The notes: generated from the letters alone by a model not told the origin. DNA of 30,042 bases from an uncultured cyanobacterium (GCA_963749915.1 CAVVOP010000002.1:1-30042), one strand, 5' to 3'. Shown: positions 10,496-19,223, counted from the first letter of the stretch. Numbers and translations: made by a program.

Positions 10496-10900
10496 CTCAA
10501 GAGAGTAATTGCCTATCAAATTAAACAAGAAATGAATAAACAAGGCTGGACAAAAACAGAAATGGCAAAAAAAATGAATACTAGCCGTTCATCTTTAGAT
10601 CGTTTATTAGATCCTCAAAATGCTTCTATAATACTTTTCATTATCTCTATCGTTATTGTTGTTATCTTTCATTTTTCCCCATTTCATCTAATTTGGTTGG
10701 CTGTAGCCTCTTTTTTCCTAGGAATAGTATCAATCATGTTACCTCCAGTACAGGGATTATCGTTCATCTTTTTGGGATTGGTAAAAGTGTTTTCACAGGT
10801 AGATGATGACAATGAGCAACAGGTTAAAGTTTCATTAGATGAGAAGAAAAAGGTAGTAAAAAATAAGCTCTTGAAGAAAACTAAAGGTTTTGGTTCATAG
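10496..10900 (+). pseudogene. Chimeric ORF: XRE/HTH antitoxin-like fragment fused to the C-terminus of a membrane protein
   Basis: LKRVIAYQIKQEMNKQGWTKTEMAKKMNTSRSSLDRLLDPQNASI switches abruptly at ~10630 to hydrophobic helices ending KKTKGFGS. Confidence 0.6.
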
Positions 10901-10964
10901 TCGAGTCCGTTTGTAATTTCTCAACTTGTAATGATAAATTTGCGTATTTTTTGTCTTAAGAAAA

Positions 10965-11681
10965 TCAAAAATCCAAATTTTGCACTGCTTTCAACTTAGT
11001 TTCTTCCCCCCGCCTGTCGGACTTAGCTGTAGTTACAGGAGAAGAGTGACCTGCTAATCGTTGTACCGTAACAACATCGACACCAGCATCAAGTAAATCA
11101 CTACAAAAAGTCCTTCTAAAATCATGGGGAGAAAAAGATTCTATTCCTGCTTTTTTCGCTCTTGCCCGAATAATTTTTAACACACCATCGGTTGATAATC
11201 TTTTCAATAGTACTTTACCACCACGAAAAACAGGACAAATTAATGGTCCATTTTCTTTTCCTCGTAACTTCAGCCATTCATTAATAGGAAAGATACCAGA
11301 TTTTGGTAGATATACCATTCTATCCTTACCACCTTTACCTTGAATAATATCTAACCGATATTTACTCGGATGATAGTCAGCGAGATTCAAATTAACTAAT
11401 TCTGCCCTCCTTAAACCACCACCTCGTAAAATAGCGATTAAAGCTCTATCTCGAATATCAAGAGGTTTATAATCTGTGCAACTATCCATCAAAGCATCAA
11501 TTTCTTTTTTAGTTAAAGCTCTGCCCCGTAACTTACCTGAAGTTTTTAAGTCTGCTATATCTACGGCTGCTACATAATCAACCTGTTCCATTAAATCCAA
11601 TTTTCTTGCCTCCTGTAATACTCGTCTTAAACCACATAAGATTTTATTAGCTGTGGTGGCTTCATATCTTTTTTCTAACAC
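10965..11681 (-). pseudogene. Tyrosine recombinase, 5'-truncated and with catalytic Tyr replaced by Ser
   Basis: GLRRAEL, GKGGKDR, SPHDFRRT and LAGHSS present; TTAKSDRR where the family has TTAxYDRR; N-terminus abuts a MITE. Confidence 0.85.
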
Positions 11682-11883
11682 GGCCTAAACATAGGGTTCT
11701 TGTAACGAGGTGCAGCGAGCCATAAAAAGCTAGATAAAAAGGGCTGAAACCATTATTATTTCGTTAAAATTTTATAAAACACAAATTTAATACAAGAGAA
11801 AAAAGTCAAAGGCTGAAACACTTATAAATAAAGAGTTTTAACTTCAAGTTGCACCCTTGTTGCAGCGACCCTATCTTTAGGCC
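11682..11883. mobile_element. MITE-like element (~202 bp), family unassigned
   Basis: Imperfect ~33-bp inverted ends GGCCTAAACATAGGGTTCTTGTAACGAGGTGCA and TGCACCCTTGTTGCAGCGACCCTATCTTTAGGCC; two internal GGCTGAAAC motifs; no ORF. Confidence 0.75.
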
Positions 11884-12030
11884 AAGACAAAGGGATCGGC
11901 CCCTGCTCCTCCAATCAGTACATCCTCTTCTTCTTTGCCTGTAGTTGTTCCACTAAAACATCATCCCCTCCAAAACCTAAGAGAATGTCATGGCCAGTTG
12001 TACCTGTAATATCATGTCCGGTTGAATACT
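11884..12030 (-). pseudogene. Frameshifted RTX-like calcium-binding repeat fragment
   Basis: DITGTTGHDILLGFGGDDV then, after a shift, SGTTTGKEEEDVLIGGAGADPFVL. Confidence 0.6.
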
Positions 12031-12147
12031 TAACAGGGTTGCTGACTCACCAGAATCTAAAGTCCTCAATACGCTGGGACTTTTGTCCCCAATAAAAGAC
12101 CGAAATATTATTGATTAGAGTTTAGAATCCTGGGAGTTTATTAACCA

Positions 12148-12963
12148 TTAGATCGGGCGTCCCATAATCGACAGACAACAATCGCGCCAGGTCTTGGCTT
12201 CTTTCAGTTCTTGAAACAACCTATTCCATTCATGAAGGGCAATTGTCACAGGATTATGAGATCGAAGGGGATGAGTCAATCCGTAAATTGGAGGGCGATC
12301 GGGATGTTCTTCTGTGAATGTCCTAAATAAGCGATCGAAAATAATTAAAACACCACCGTAGTTGCGATCGATGTACTCCGGATTAGACCCATGATGAACT
12401 CGATGATGAGAGGGGGTGTTTAAGAGCCACTCTAGCCAACCCAGTTTGGGAATTAGTTCAGTGTGAATCCAAAATTGATACAGCAAGTTTATGCCCAAGG
12501 TTACTGCGATCGCGATGGGATGAAAACCTAACCAACACAGTGGTATAAAGAACAGGAAATTTCCCGACAACCATCCTGTCCAGCCCAATCGGAATGAGGC
12601 TGATAGATTGAAATGGTTTGCCGAGTGATGCACTGCATGGGTTGCCCATAGCCAGCGAATTTCGTGGGCAAACCGATGATACCAGTAGTAGAAAAATTCA
12701 ACTCCTATAAATAACCAAAGGATCGTCCAACCATGATTTAAAGAAATCGTCCATAAGCGATGTTCCCAGAAAAATGAGTAAACCCCCATGGGAATTAATG
12801 TAAAAACAGTGCTAGTAATTCGATGTCCGATCGCAACCCCCAGGGATGCTAAACTTTCTTTCCAAGGAAAAATAGACTTATGGCTACGCTGAATTAGAAT
12901 TACTTCGAGCAAAATAATGATCAGTAAGAGTGGATATACAGAATAGATAAAATGGTAGGGCAT
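12148..12963 (-). CDS. Sterol desaturase / fatty acid hydroxylase family protein
   Basis: His boxes YYWYHRFAH, WATHAVHHS, FWIHTE and TPSHHRVHH; membrane helices. Confidence 0.9.
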   Translation of the reverse strand: MPYHFIYSVYPLLLIIILLEVILIQRSHKSIFPWKESLASLGVAIGHRITSTVFTLIPMGVYSFFWEHRLWTISLNHGWTILWLFIGVEFFYYWYHRFAHEIRWLWATHAVHHSANHFNLSASFRLGWTGWLSGNFLFFIPLCWLGFHPIAIAVTLGINLLYQFWIHTELIPKLGWLEWLLNTPSHHRVHHGSNPEYIDRNYGGVLIIFDRLFRTFTEEHPDRPPIYGLTHPLRSHNPVTIALHEWNRLFQELKEAKTWRDCCLSIMGRPI

Positions 12964-13074
12964 AGTAACAAAAAAATCGGAAATAGTAGAATAAAAAATA
13001 GGGATAAGAGTACTCTCATCCCTACTCGGAAATCATTTGAAGCACAGTATAATCACTCTATAGATGAACTTAGG

Positions 13075-13356
13075 TTATCTATTAATAGTGCGAGTGGTAG
13101 TTTGAGAATTGCCTCTATAACCTGTGCGAGTAGTAGTTTGCTGACCGTTGCCCCAAGTGCGATTAGTGGTTTGAGAGTTACCATTAGGGCTTGTGCGGGT
13201 GGTGGTTTGCTGACCATTGCCCCAAGTACGATTAGTGGTTTGAGAATTACCGTTAGGACCAGTGCGAACTGTAGTTTGCTGAGCAAAAGCCGCTCCGTTT
13301 AGTGTGAAAAATGCTAATCCCAGTGCGAAAGAAAAGCTAAGAATTGATTTGTGCAT
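13075..13356 (-). CDS. Small secreted Thr/Asn/Gln-rich repeat protein
   Basis: RBS AGGAGGA; signal peptide ending AFA; three 23-aa repeats QQTTxRTxPNGNSQTTNRTWGNG that differ mainly at third codon positions. Confidence 0.85.
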   Translation of the reverse strand: MHKSILSFSFALGLAFFTLNGAAFAQQTTVRTGPNGNSQTTNRTWGNGQQTTTRTSPNGNSQTTNRTWGNGQQTTTRTGYRGNSQTTTRTINR

Positions 13357-13412
13357 GATGTATTCCTCCTAATATGAGTTAAAACAATCGATCGCAGTAA
13401 CAGTTAGCAAGT

Positions 13413-13814
13413 TTACTTGTTTGAACTTTGAGGGCTTTGCTGAATCTGCTGCCTTTGTTCTGCAGTTAGGATATCGTCAATCTCCGATCGCATTCTCTGC
13501 AAAATGTTTGTCATTTGCCGACGCTCCTTGAAAGAGAGATTGAGTGATTGAACGGCAAAGCGTACTCCATTACCTTGGGAAAGGGCATTGTTGAACTGAG
13601 CTTGTTGCTCAGGTGTGAGCAAATTTTCTAACTGAGATTGAGTTTGTTCGCTCATAGCCTCAAGTTGAGTTTGTTGTGAGGGCGTCAGTTGAATCTCAGC
13701 CAAGGCTGGAAATAAATAGGTAACTGAATTTGAATCAGCTCGTGCCATGAGAGGAAACAGGGAAGTTGATATGATTAGTCCACTCCCGAGCCAAGAAATT
13801 AATTGTCTTTTCAT
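13413..13814 (-). CDS. Spy/CpxP-like exported protein
   Basis: Likely start MKRQLISW with AGGAG RBS; signal peptide (ARA); LTPSQ, LTPEQ and LTAEQ (LTxxQ) motifs. Confidence 0.78.
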   Translation of the reverse strand: MKRQLISWLGSGLIISTSLFPLMARADSNSVTYLFPALAEIQLTPSQQTQLEAMSEQTQSQLENLLTPEQQAQFNNALSQGNGVRFAVQSLNLSFKERRQMTNILQRMRSEIDDILTAEQRQQIQQSPQSSNK

Positions 13815-13886
13815 CAAAGTTGCTCCTGTTTGTTTCTGTACATTTACAATATAAAAGTTGCAACCATTGAACCACAAGAGAATAAC

Positions 13887-13912
13887 GTCCTAACTTTTAG
13901 GGACTTTAGTCC
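13887..13912. promoter_or_regulatory. Candidate response-regulator operator in the divergent intergenic region
   Basis: Palindrome GGACT-TT-AGTCC (13901-13912) overlapping the imperfect inverted repeat GTCCTAACTTTTAGGGAC (13887-13904). Confidence 0.45.
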
Positions 13913-13977
13913 TTCTCCTTGGTTAACCTTTGTTTGATATACTGATTGGCAAAACCTCAGCAATGGTTGTAATTGCC

Positions 13978-15198
13978 ATGAATCAATTTCCTAAGTCTCG
14001 ATCGTCGCTATTGCAATTACTCATGATTTTGGAGTGGGTGTTGCTAGGTATTGTCGCAATTTCTCAGATAATCGTGGTGCTGTTTACGACAGTGCCGAAT
14101 TTACTAATTGTGAACATTTTCGGACTAGGATTTTTTACAGTACTAGGGCGGATAACACCAAACAAGAATATCTCTAAGCTGATTTATACTCTTGTAGAGT
14201 TTGGACTGATTTTCTGTTTGGTATTCTGGGGCAATCTTGTCCTACCTACAATCTTGTTTGTTGTCTTAGTGATTCGCAACTGTGTCTTGTGGGAAAGACC
14301 TCATCGGGATTGGGTTACGGGATTTGCTTTCTTAGGGTGTATTGTTGGTCTGAGTTACAACTTATTCCATCAAACCTTGCCCTTAAATATTTCCCCCGAG
14401 GGAATTGGTACAGTTTGGATGGGATCGTTTTTGAGCATTGGGCTGGTGATTTTATTTCTCCATTTATTAGTCGATGCTGCCCTAAAAGAACGTCAGAGAC
14501 GGGAACAACTAGCAGTAGCAAACGCTCGCCTGCGGCAGTATGCGCTGAGGGTTGAGGAGTTGGCAACAGTACAAGAACGCAATCGAATTGCCCGTGACAT
14601 TCATGATTCGTTGGGGCACTCTCTGACCGTATTCGGAATTCATCTGGAAGGGGCATTACGCCTGTTGAGATCGAATCCAGAAAAAGCCGCAGAACTATTA
14701 TCAGAGATCAAACAGTTAAATACAAAAACTCTACAGGAGGTTCGCCAGTCTATCACAGCGTTACGTTCCGATCCCTTGCAGGAACGATCTCTGTCTGAAG
14801 CGATCGCCGATCTGATGAGGGAGTTTCAGAAATCTACAGGGGTTTTGCCGAGATTCGACAATCAGCTAAAGTCAATGCTTTCTCGCGATCTCGATGTGGT
14901 GATTTATCGGATTGTGCAAGAGAGCTTAACTAATATTCGTAAGTATGCAAGAGCGACAGAGGTTGACATCGCTATCATCCAATCTACTCAGGATTTGCAA
15001 ATTATGATCGCAGATAATGGTCAAGGGTTTGATTTGACTCAAAATACGACTGGCTTTGGACTTCAGGGTATGCGAGAACGAGCATTAGCCCTGATGGGTA
15101 AACTGAAAATTATTACAGCACCTAATCAAGGTTGCCGTGTCATGGCAACACTTCCCCTTTCAGAATGGATAGATTATGATTCGCTTACTACTTGTTGA
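13978..15198 (+). CDS. Membrane sensor histidine kinase (HisKA_3, NarX/DesK/LiaS-like)
   Basis: About five TM helices; ERNRIARDIHDSLGH, VQESLTNIRKY, IADNGQGF and GFGLQGMRER; start could be a few codons earlier. Confidence 0.92.
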   Translation: MNQFPKSRSSLLQLLMILEWVLLGIVAISQIIVVLFTTVPNLLIVNIFGLGFFTVLGRITPNKNISKLIYTLVEFGLIFCLVFWGNLVLPTILFVVLVIRNCVLWERPHRDWVTGFAFLGCIVGLSYNLFHQTLPLNISPEGIGTVWMGSFLSIGLVILFLHLLVDAALKERQRREQLAVANARLRQYALRVEELATVQERNRIARDIHDSLGHSLTVFGIHLEGALRLLRSNPEKAAELLSEIKQLNTKTLQEVRQSITALRSDPLQERSLSEAIADLMREFQKSTGVLPRFDNQLKSMLSRDLDVVIYRIVQESLTNIRKYARATEVDIAIIQSTQDLQIMIADNGQGFDLTQNTTGFGLQGMRERALALMGKLKIITAPNQGCRVMATLPLSEWIDYDSLTTC

Positions 15199-15841
15199 TG
15201 ATCAAGATTTAATCCGCCGTGGCTTAAATGCTTTACTGGGCACTGACCCAAAACTTGAAGTGGTGGGCGAGGCAGGTAATGGTCAAGAAGCGGTCACACT
15301 TGTCGCTCAATTAAACCCTGATGTTGTGCTTATGGATGTGCGAATGCCAATCTGTGACGGAGTTTCAGGTACTCGTCAAATCTGTCAACAGTTCCCTAGC
15401 ACTAAAGTATTGATGCTGACAACCTTTGACGACCAAGAGTATGTATCTCAAGCACTACAAGCAGGGGCATCAGGTTATTTACTTAAGGATACACCTTTTG
15501 AAGAGTTGACTCAAGCGATATACTTGGTTTACAAAGGCTATACTCAAATAGGTCCCGGACTTGCCACTAAAGTGCTAACTCGACCAGCTCCCGTCGCACA
15601 ACCAGAAGATATGGAGAATTGGTTAGCATTGTCTGAACGGGAAAAAGATATTGTCCGTTTAGTTGCTCAAGGATATAATAATCGGGAAATTGCCCAATTT
15701 CTACACCTCGCAGAAAAGACGGTCAAAAACTACATTACCAATATTTTGAGCCAGTTAAATCTGCGCGATCGCACTCAACTCGCAATTGCTGCGTTACAGT
15801 CGGGAATCTTAGAAAATAAGGGCAATCACACGGGATCGTGA
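15176..15841 (+). CDS. NarL/LuxR-family response regulator
   Basis: LLVDDQ, VVLMDVRMP, GYLLKD receiver domain; LSEREKDIVRLVAQGYNNREIA HTH; overlaps the kinase. Confidence 0.95.
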   Translation: MIRLLLVDDQDLIRRGLNALLGTDPKLEVVGEAGNGQEAVTLVAQLNPDVVLMDVRMPICDGVSGTRQICQQFPSTKVLMLTTFDDQEYVSQALQAGASGYLLKDTPFEELTQAIYLVYKGYTQIGPGLATKVLTRPAPVAQPEDMENWLALSEREKDIVRLVAQGYNNREIAQFLHLAEKTVKNYITNILSQLNLRDRTQLAIAALQSGILENKGNHTGS

Positions 15842-15936
15842 TGGCATAAATCAACACTATTAGTGAAGTATTAAGGTAATAATTTCCGCAATTTTTTGCG
15901 GAAGATAAGCCATGGTGGGGGGTTTGGACTTAACCA

Positions 15937-16020
15937 TTACTTATCACTCCAATTATTACCGATACTAGAATCAGCCTCAATCGGTACTGTCCTTAAAAAT
16001 TCTTTTCCTGAGTTAACCAT
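15937..16020 (-). pseudogene. Extreme C-terminus of a family A DNA polymerase
   Basis: MVNSGKEFLRTVPIEADSSIGNNWSDK* matches the M..G...L..VP......IG..W..K ending of family A polymerases; only 27 aa. Confidence 0.6.
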
Positions 16021-16577
16021 CTAACTTTTCACGGCATCTTTTTCGGTTGACAGGTGTTAGGTGTTAGGGGTTGGGTGTTAGGATTAGGGATTGAGGATAA
16101 GCTTTAATAGTTGAACAGTCAAAAAAAACACTTAGAAACTGATGGGAATACAATCCTATAGAGACTTAAAGGTTTGGCAAACAGGCATGGATTTAGCAGA
16201 AGAATGCTACTTAGTTACTCGCAATTTCCCCAAAGAAGAACTTTACGGGTTAATTTCTCAGATTCGTCGAGCATCAGCCTCTATTCCCGCCAATGTCGCT
16301 GAGGGGCATGGTCGAAAAACCCGAAAAGAATATATACAGTTTTTATACATAGCACAAGGCTCTCTTAAAGAATTAGAAACTCATCTTTTATTGTCGAAAA
16401 GGGTAAAGTTAGGAGAGGGGAAAGTCATTGATTCTCTTTTAAATAGATGTGAATCCCTCGGAAGATTATTATCAGCATTGATTCGTGCCCTCGAAAACAA
16501 AAACTGAATTTTCCCTATCACCCAACCCCTAACACCCAAACCCTTTCTCAGGGAAAAGATACCGTGAAAAGTCAGAT
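16019..16577. mobile_element. Inverted-repeat-bounded non-autonomous cassette carrying a four-helix-bundle gene
   Basis: ATCTAACTTTTCACGGCATCTTTT (16019-16042) vs AAAAGATACCGTGAAAAGTCAGAT (16554-16577), 22/24 complementary; inner inverted heptamer tracts GGTGTTAGGGGTTGGGTG and CACCCAACCCCTAACACC. Confidence 0.7.
16142..16507 (+). CDS. Four helix bundle protein (23S rRNA intervening-sequence protein / Avd-like family)
   Basis: SYRDLKVWQ, FPKEELYGLISQIRRASASIPANVAEG and FLYIAQGSLKELETHL. Confidence 0.92.
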   Translation: MGIQSYRDLKVWQTGMDLAEECYLVTRNFPKEELYGLISQIRRASASIPANVAEGHGRKTRKEYIQFLYIAQGSLKELETHLLLSKRVKLGEGKVIDSLLNRCESLGRLLSALIRALENKN

Positions 16578-17036
16578 AGTTACTCCAATGTTCATCAAAT
16601 CCTCCAACCAATATCTAATTGACGTTGGTAAACGATTAGCAAAAGGAATAATTATAGTAGTATCCTCATCACATGAGTCAGCGATCATGCGAAGCATGGC
16701 ACTTCGTGTGCAGCGTAGCTGTGCCTTTGGCATCGCCTCCTTCAATTCATCTACAGTAAGTCGTCGCTCACCAGTACAATCACCTTTATTGTTAAATTTA
16801 GGCTCTGTAGTATCAATGCTTAAATCAAAAGCTACCTTTTCAATAAACTTTTTAGCACTGCCTTTATAGGTGGCGATGGCACAGGAGTATCTATCAGCCA
16901 GAGAACAGAATAAATATTCTGGTAGATATTCAGTAGTTCCTGTTTCCGCAATTATCAGTAAACTTGTTCTGTTCTTAAGGATGTTAACTATCTTATTTAG
17001 CTGGTCATCATTTAAGCTAAGTTTTGGCGATAGTTC
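16575..17036 (-). pseudogene. Fragment of a cyanobacterial ATP-binding-like hypothetical protein, not in the ORF track
   Basis: Open frame ELSPKLSLNDDQLNKIVNILKNRTSLLIIAETG...ATYKGSAKKF...LTVDELKEA[16-aa insert]IADSCDEDTTIIIPFANRLPTSIRYWLEDLMNIGVTI, bounded by the transposase remnant and the cassette. Confidence 0.65.
16681..16736 (+). repeat. Two tandem double-hairpin inserts (25+23 nt) in a HIP1 site (SDR5-like)
   Basis: GCG|atcatgcgaagcatggcacttcgtg|tgcagcgtagctgtgcctttggc|ATCGC; removing 48 nt restores GCGATCGC. Confidence 0.8.
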
Positions 17037-18140
17037 ATAATCTGAAATCTTAATGAGTATAGTTCTACCAGTTTTTCAGCGGTGAGAGTTAAGTCTGTAG
17101 AAAATAAAATTACATGACCTTGTTCACGGGTTTTCTGATTAGTTTTCAAAATAATTACCACATTGATAGGCACAGAAAACTCTTTATGCAATACCTGTAA
17201 TTGATAATATTCTAAATTCCAATCTCCTTGAGTACGACTAAACTGTAGAAACGTCCCAGAAAGTTTACGGGGATTAACTTTTATACCATACTTACATTTG
17301 GTATTTTCTCCTTGGTAAGGTAAATACAAAGCACTATCATGACGTAACTTACTGACTAAATGTAGTCCAATATGCAATGCCATTTGTGCTGCATTATGAT
17401 GCCCAAACTTGCCATCGAGCAGTAAATATTTTAGAGGAATAGTATTACCAATCATAGATAGTAATGCTTCTAACATTCCTTTGATACGAAATAGCTCACT
17501 CGATAGTGTATATTGACTTTTATCTTTGTTTTTTGAGCCTTTTGGACGACCTCGTTTTCTTTTTTCCACCGTTGGGGGTGAAGTTGAATCAACATTGCTT
17601 TCATCATGAGGTTTAATTATTTGTTCAATTCGTAACGGATAAGATTCCCTTTTTTCTAGCCCTACTAAAGAGAGAGCAAAAAATGATAATCCCTTGACAG
17701 GAGCGTTTGTTAAGCTGGAAAAGAACCAATCAACACCGTATGTATGTTTCCCTGATTTAGTTGTCACGACTTCATCTCCTGCTATGGCATAACTTTCTTC
17801 AGGGTTAAAACAATGGGTATGAAAAAATACCCACATTAGACTGGGCCAATTCTTTGGACTATGACAAAACCGTTGAATAGTTCGGTAGCTTCCTCCTTTT
17901 CCAGTCCATCTTGAGATACCTAACATGGTGACTCTACCAGTCATGGCGAACATTCCCTGAATTATGCAACCTAGTTGCTTCAAACTTATGCTATCTATTT
18001 GAAGTGTGAGACAAGTTAATAATGCTAAAATATTTGCCATGGGCTTTTGTAGAAATTGATATTTGATTTAATCTAGTTTCTTACAAAAGCTCTCTTGACA
18101 TCAAGTTTTATTTTCCTTCTTCATTTTGGCGAAGGTATTG
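17012..18140 (-). mobile_element. Truncated IS4/IS701-like DDE element; transposase ORF 17012..18040
   Basis: AMTGRVTMLGISRW, IAGDEVV and LLLDGKFG; family sequence stops at YSLRFQI just before the expected catalytic Glu; one probable end TTGGCGAAGGTATTG at 18126-18140, the other not found. Confidence 0.8.
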
Positions 18141-18384
18141 TAAGTAAGTTACTAATACCAAAATTAAAGTATTTTACTCGTAATGTAAAGTTTAATACAC
18201 TTATTAGAAAGATAAAAAAAAGCCCCAAACAGAAAAACTTAACGGGCAACGGGAATGCAAACAACCCAGACAAAGCCACAAACAGAATCCCCACCGAGAC
18301 GGACAGCAACGGCGATTGAGACGCAATTCTATTAAATTGGTAAGAAATAAGCCCTACAATGGACTGAGAGAGTTAGGGTGATTT

Positions 18385-18642
18385 ATGAGCAGATATAGTA
18401 AAGATTGGCAGGAGATAGCCACAACAGTTAAAGAGATAGCAAACTGGAAGTGTAGTAACTGCGGTGCAGACTTTAAGGAAAATTCAACTAGGGGTAACTG
18501 TCTGCAAGTACACCACTGGAACAGAATACCAGAAGATAACAGAGTAGAGAATTTAGTAGCTTTATGCAATACCTGTCATCTCCAATATCATCAAGGCGGT
18601 AAAGGTAATATCCTTATTGGTCAGTTATCTCTTAATATTTAG
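18385..18642 (+). CDS. Small HNH endonuclease
   Basis: CSNCG, LQVHHWN and NLVALCNTCHLQYH. Confidence 0.85.
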   Translation: MSRYSKDWQEIATTVKEIANWKCSNCGADFKENSTRGNCLQVHHWNRIPEDNRVENLVALCNTCHLQYHQGGKGNILIGQLSLNI

Positions 18643-18655
18643 ATATTTGAGAAAT

Positions 18656-19186
18656 ATGGATTATACAGCAATAATAACGGAGTTAAACAAAGCCTCATTA
18701 TTCGACTTATATAGATTAAATGTGGCTATTCATCAACAATTAAATGATCCTATTAGGTTAAGTTTAATTAAAAATCATCTCAAAGTAGGTCAATTAATTA
18801 GCTATTTTGATCTAACAGAAAATCGTTTAATCAAAGCTACTATCATTCAACTAAAAACAACGAAAGTTTTGATTGAGAATCAACATGATGGAGGTCAATG
18901 GAATATTACTTATTATTCTATAAATATCGATAATTTAGATATTGACATTAATCTTAAAGCGAAACAAAAAACTAACAAAAATCATATTAAAGTTGGTGAC
19001 CACGTTTGTTTCAAAGATAAACAAGGAAATGAACTGTTTGGTGAAGTCATTAAACTCAATCCGAAAACGGCTGGTGTATTAGTCGGGAATACTCAATGGA
19101 GAGTAGCTTATAGTTTGTTATCTCCGACTATAAGTATTGAAGTCGAGGAAAATGTTAATTGTGGTTCGATCGTCATCGATATTTAG
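18656..19186 (+). CDS. Conserved hypothetical protein with two SH3/KOW-like repeats
   Basis: Likely start MDYTAII; two internally similar segments LKVGQLISY...W and IKVGDHVCF...W. Confidence 0.65.
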   Translation: MDYTAIITELNKASLFDLYRLNVAIHQQLNDPIRLSLIKNHLKVGQLISYFDLTENRLIKATIIQLKTTKVLIENQHDGGQWNITYYSINIDNLDIDINLKAKQKTNKNHIKVGDHVCFKDKQGNELFGEVIKLNPKTAGVLVGNTQWRVAYSLLSPTISIEVEENVNCGSIVIDI

Positions 19187-19223
19187 AAACATTTAGGTTT
19201 TATGGAGACTCCACAGAAATAAA

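Noticed and set aside
10965..11681. Integron or shufflon driven by the tyrosine recombinase to explain the gene fragments
   Set aside because: The enzyme is truncated and lacks the catalytic Tyr, and no repeated attC- or sfx-like site is shared by the junctions
12952..13302. Plus-strand and alternative-frame ORFs over the repeat protein
   Set aside because: Shadows of 13075..13356, which has the RBS, signal peptide and synonymous-type repeat variation
16142..16507. Diversity-generating retroelement or 23S rRNA intervening sequence
   Set aside because: No reverse transcriptase, no template/variable repeat pair and no rRNA sequence nearby
16564..16869. 101-aa plus-strand ORF
   Set aside because: Antisense to the minus-strand ATP-binding-like fragment and starts inside the cassette TIR
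18095..18319. Short ORFs on both strands
   Set aside because: Both overlap the IS end and have no recognisable family; a membrane-protein remnant is possible but unsupported
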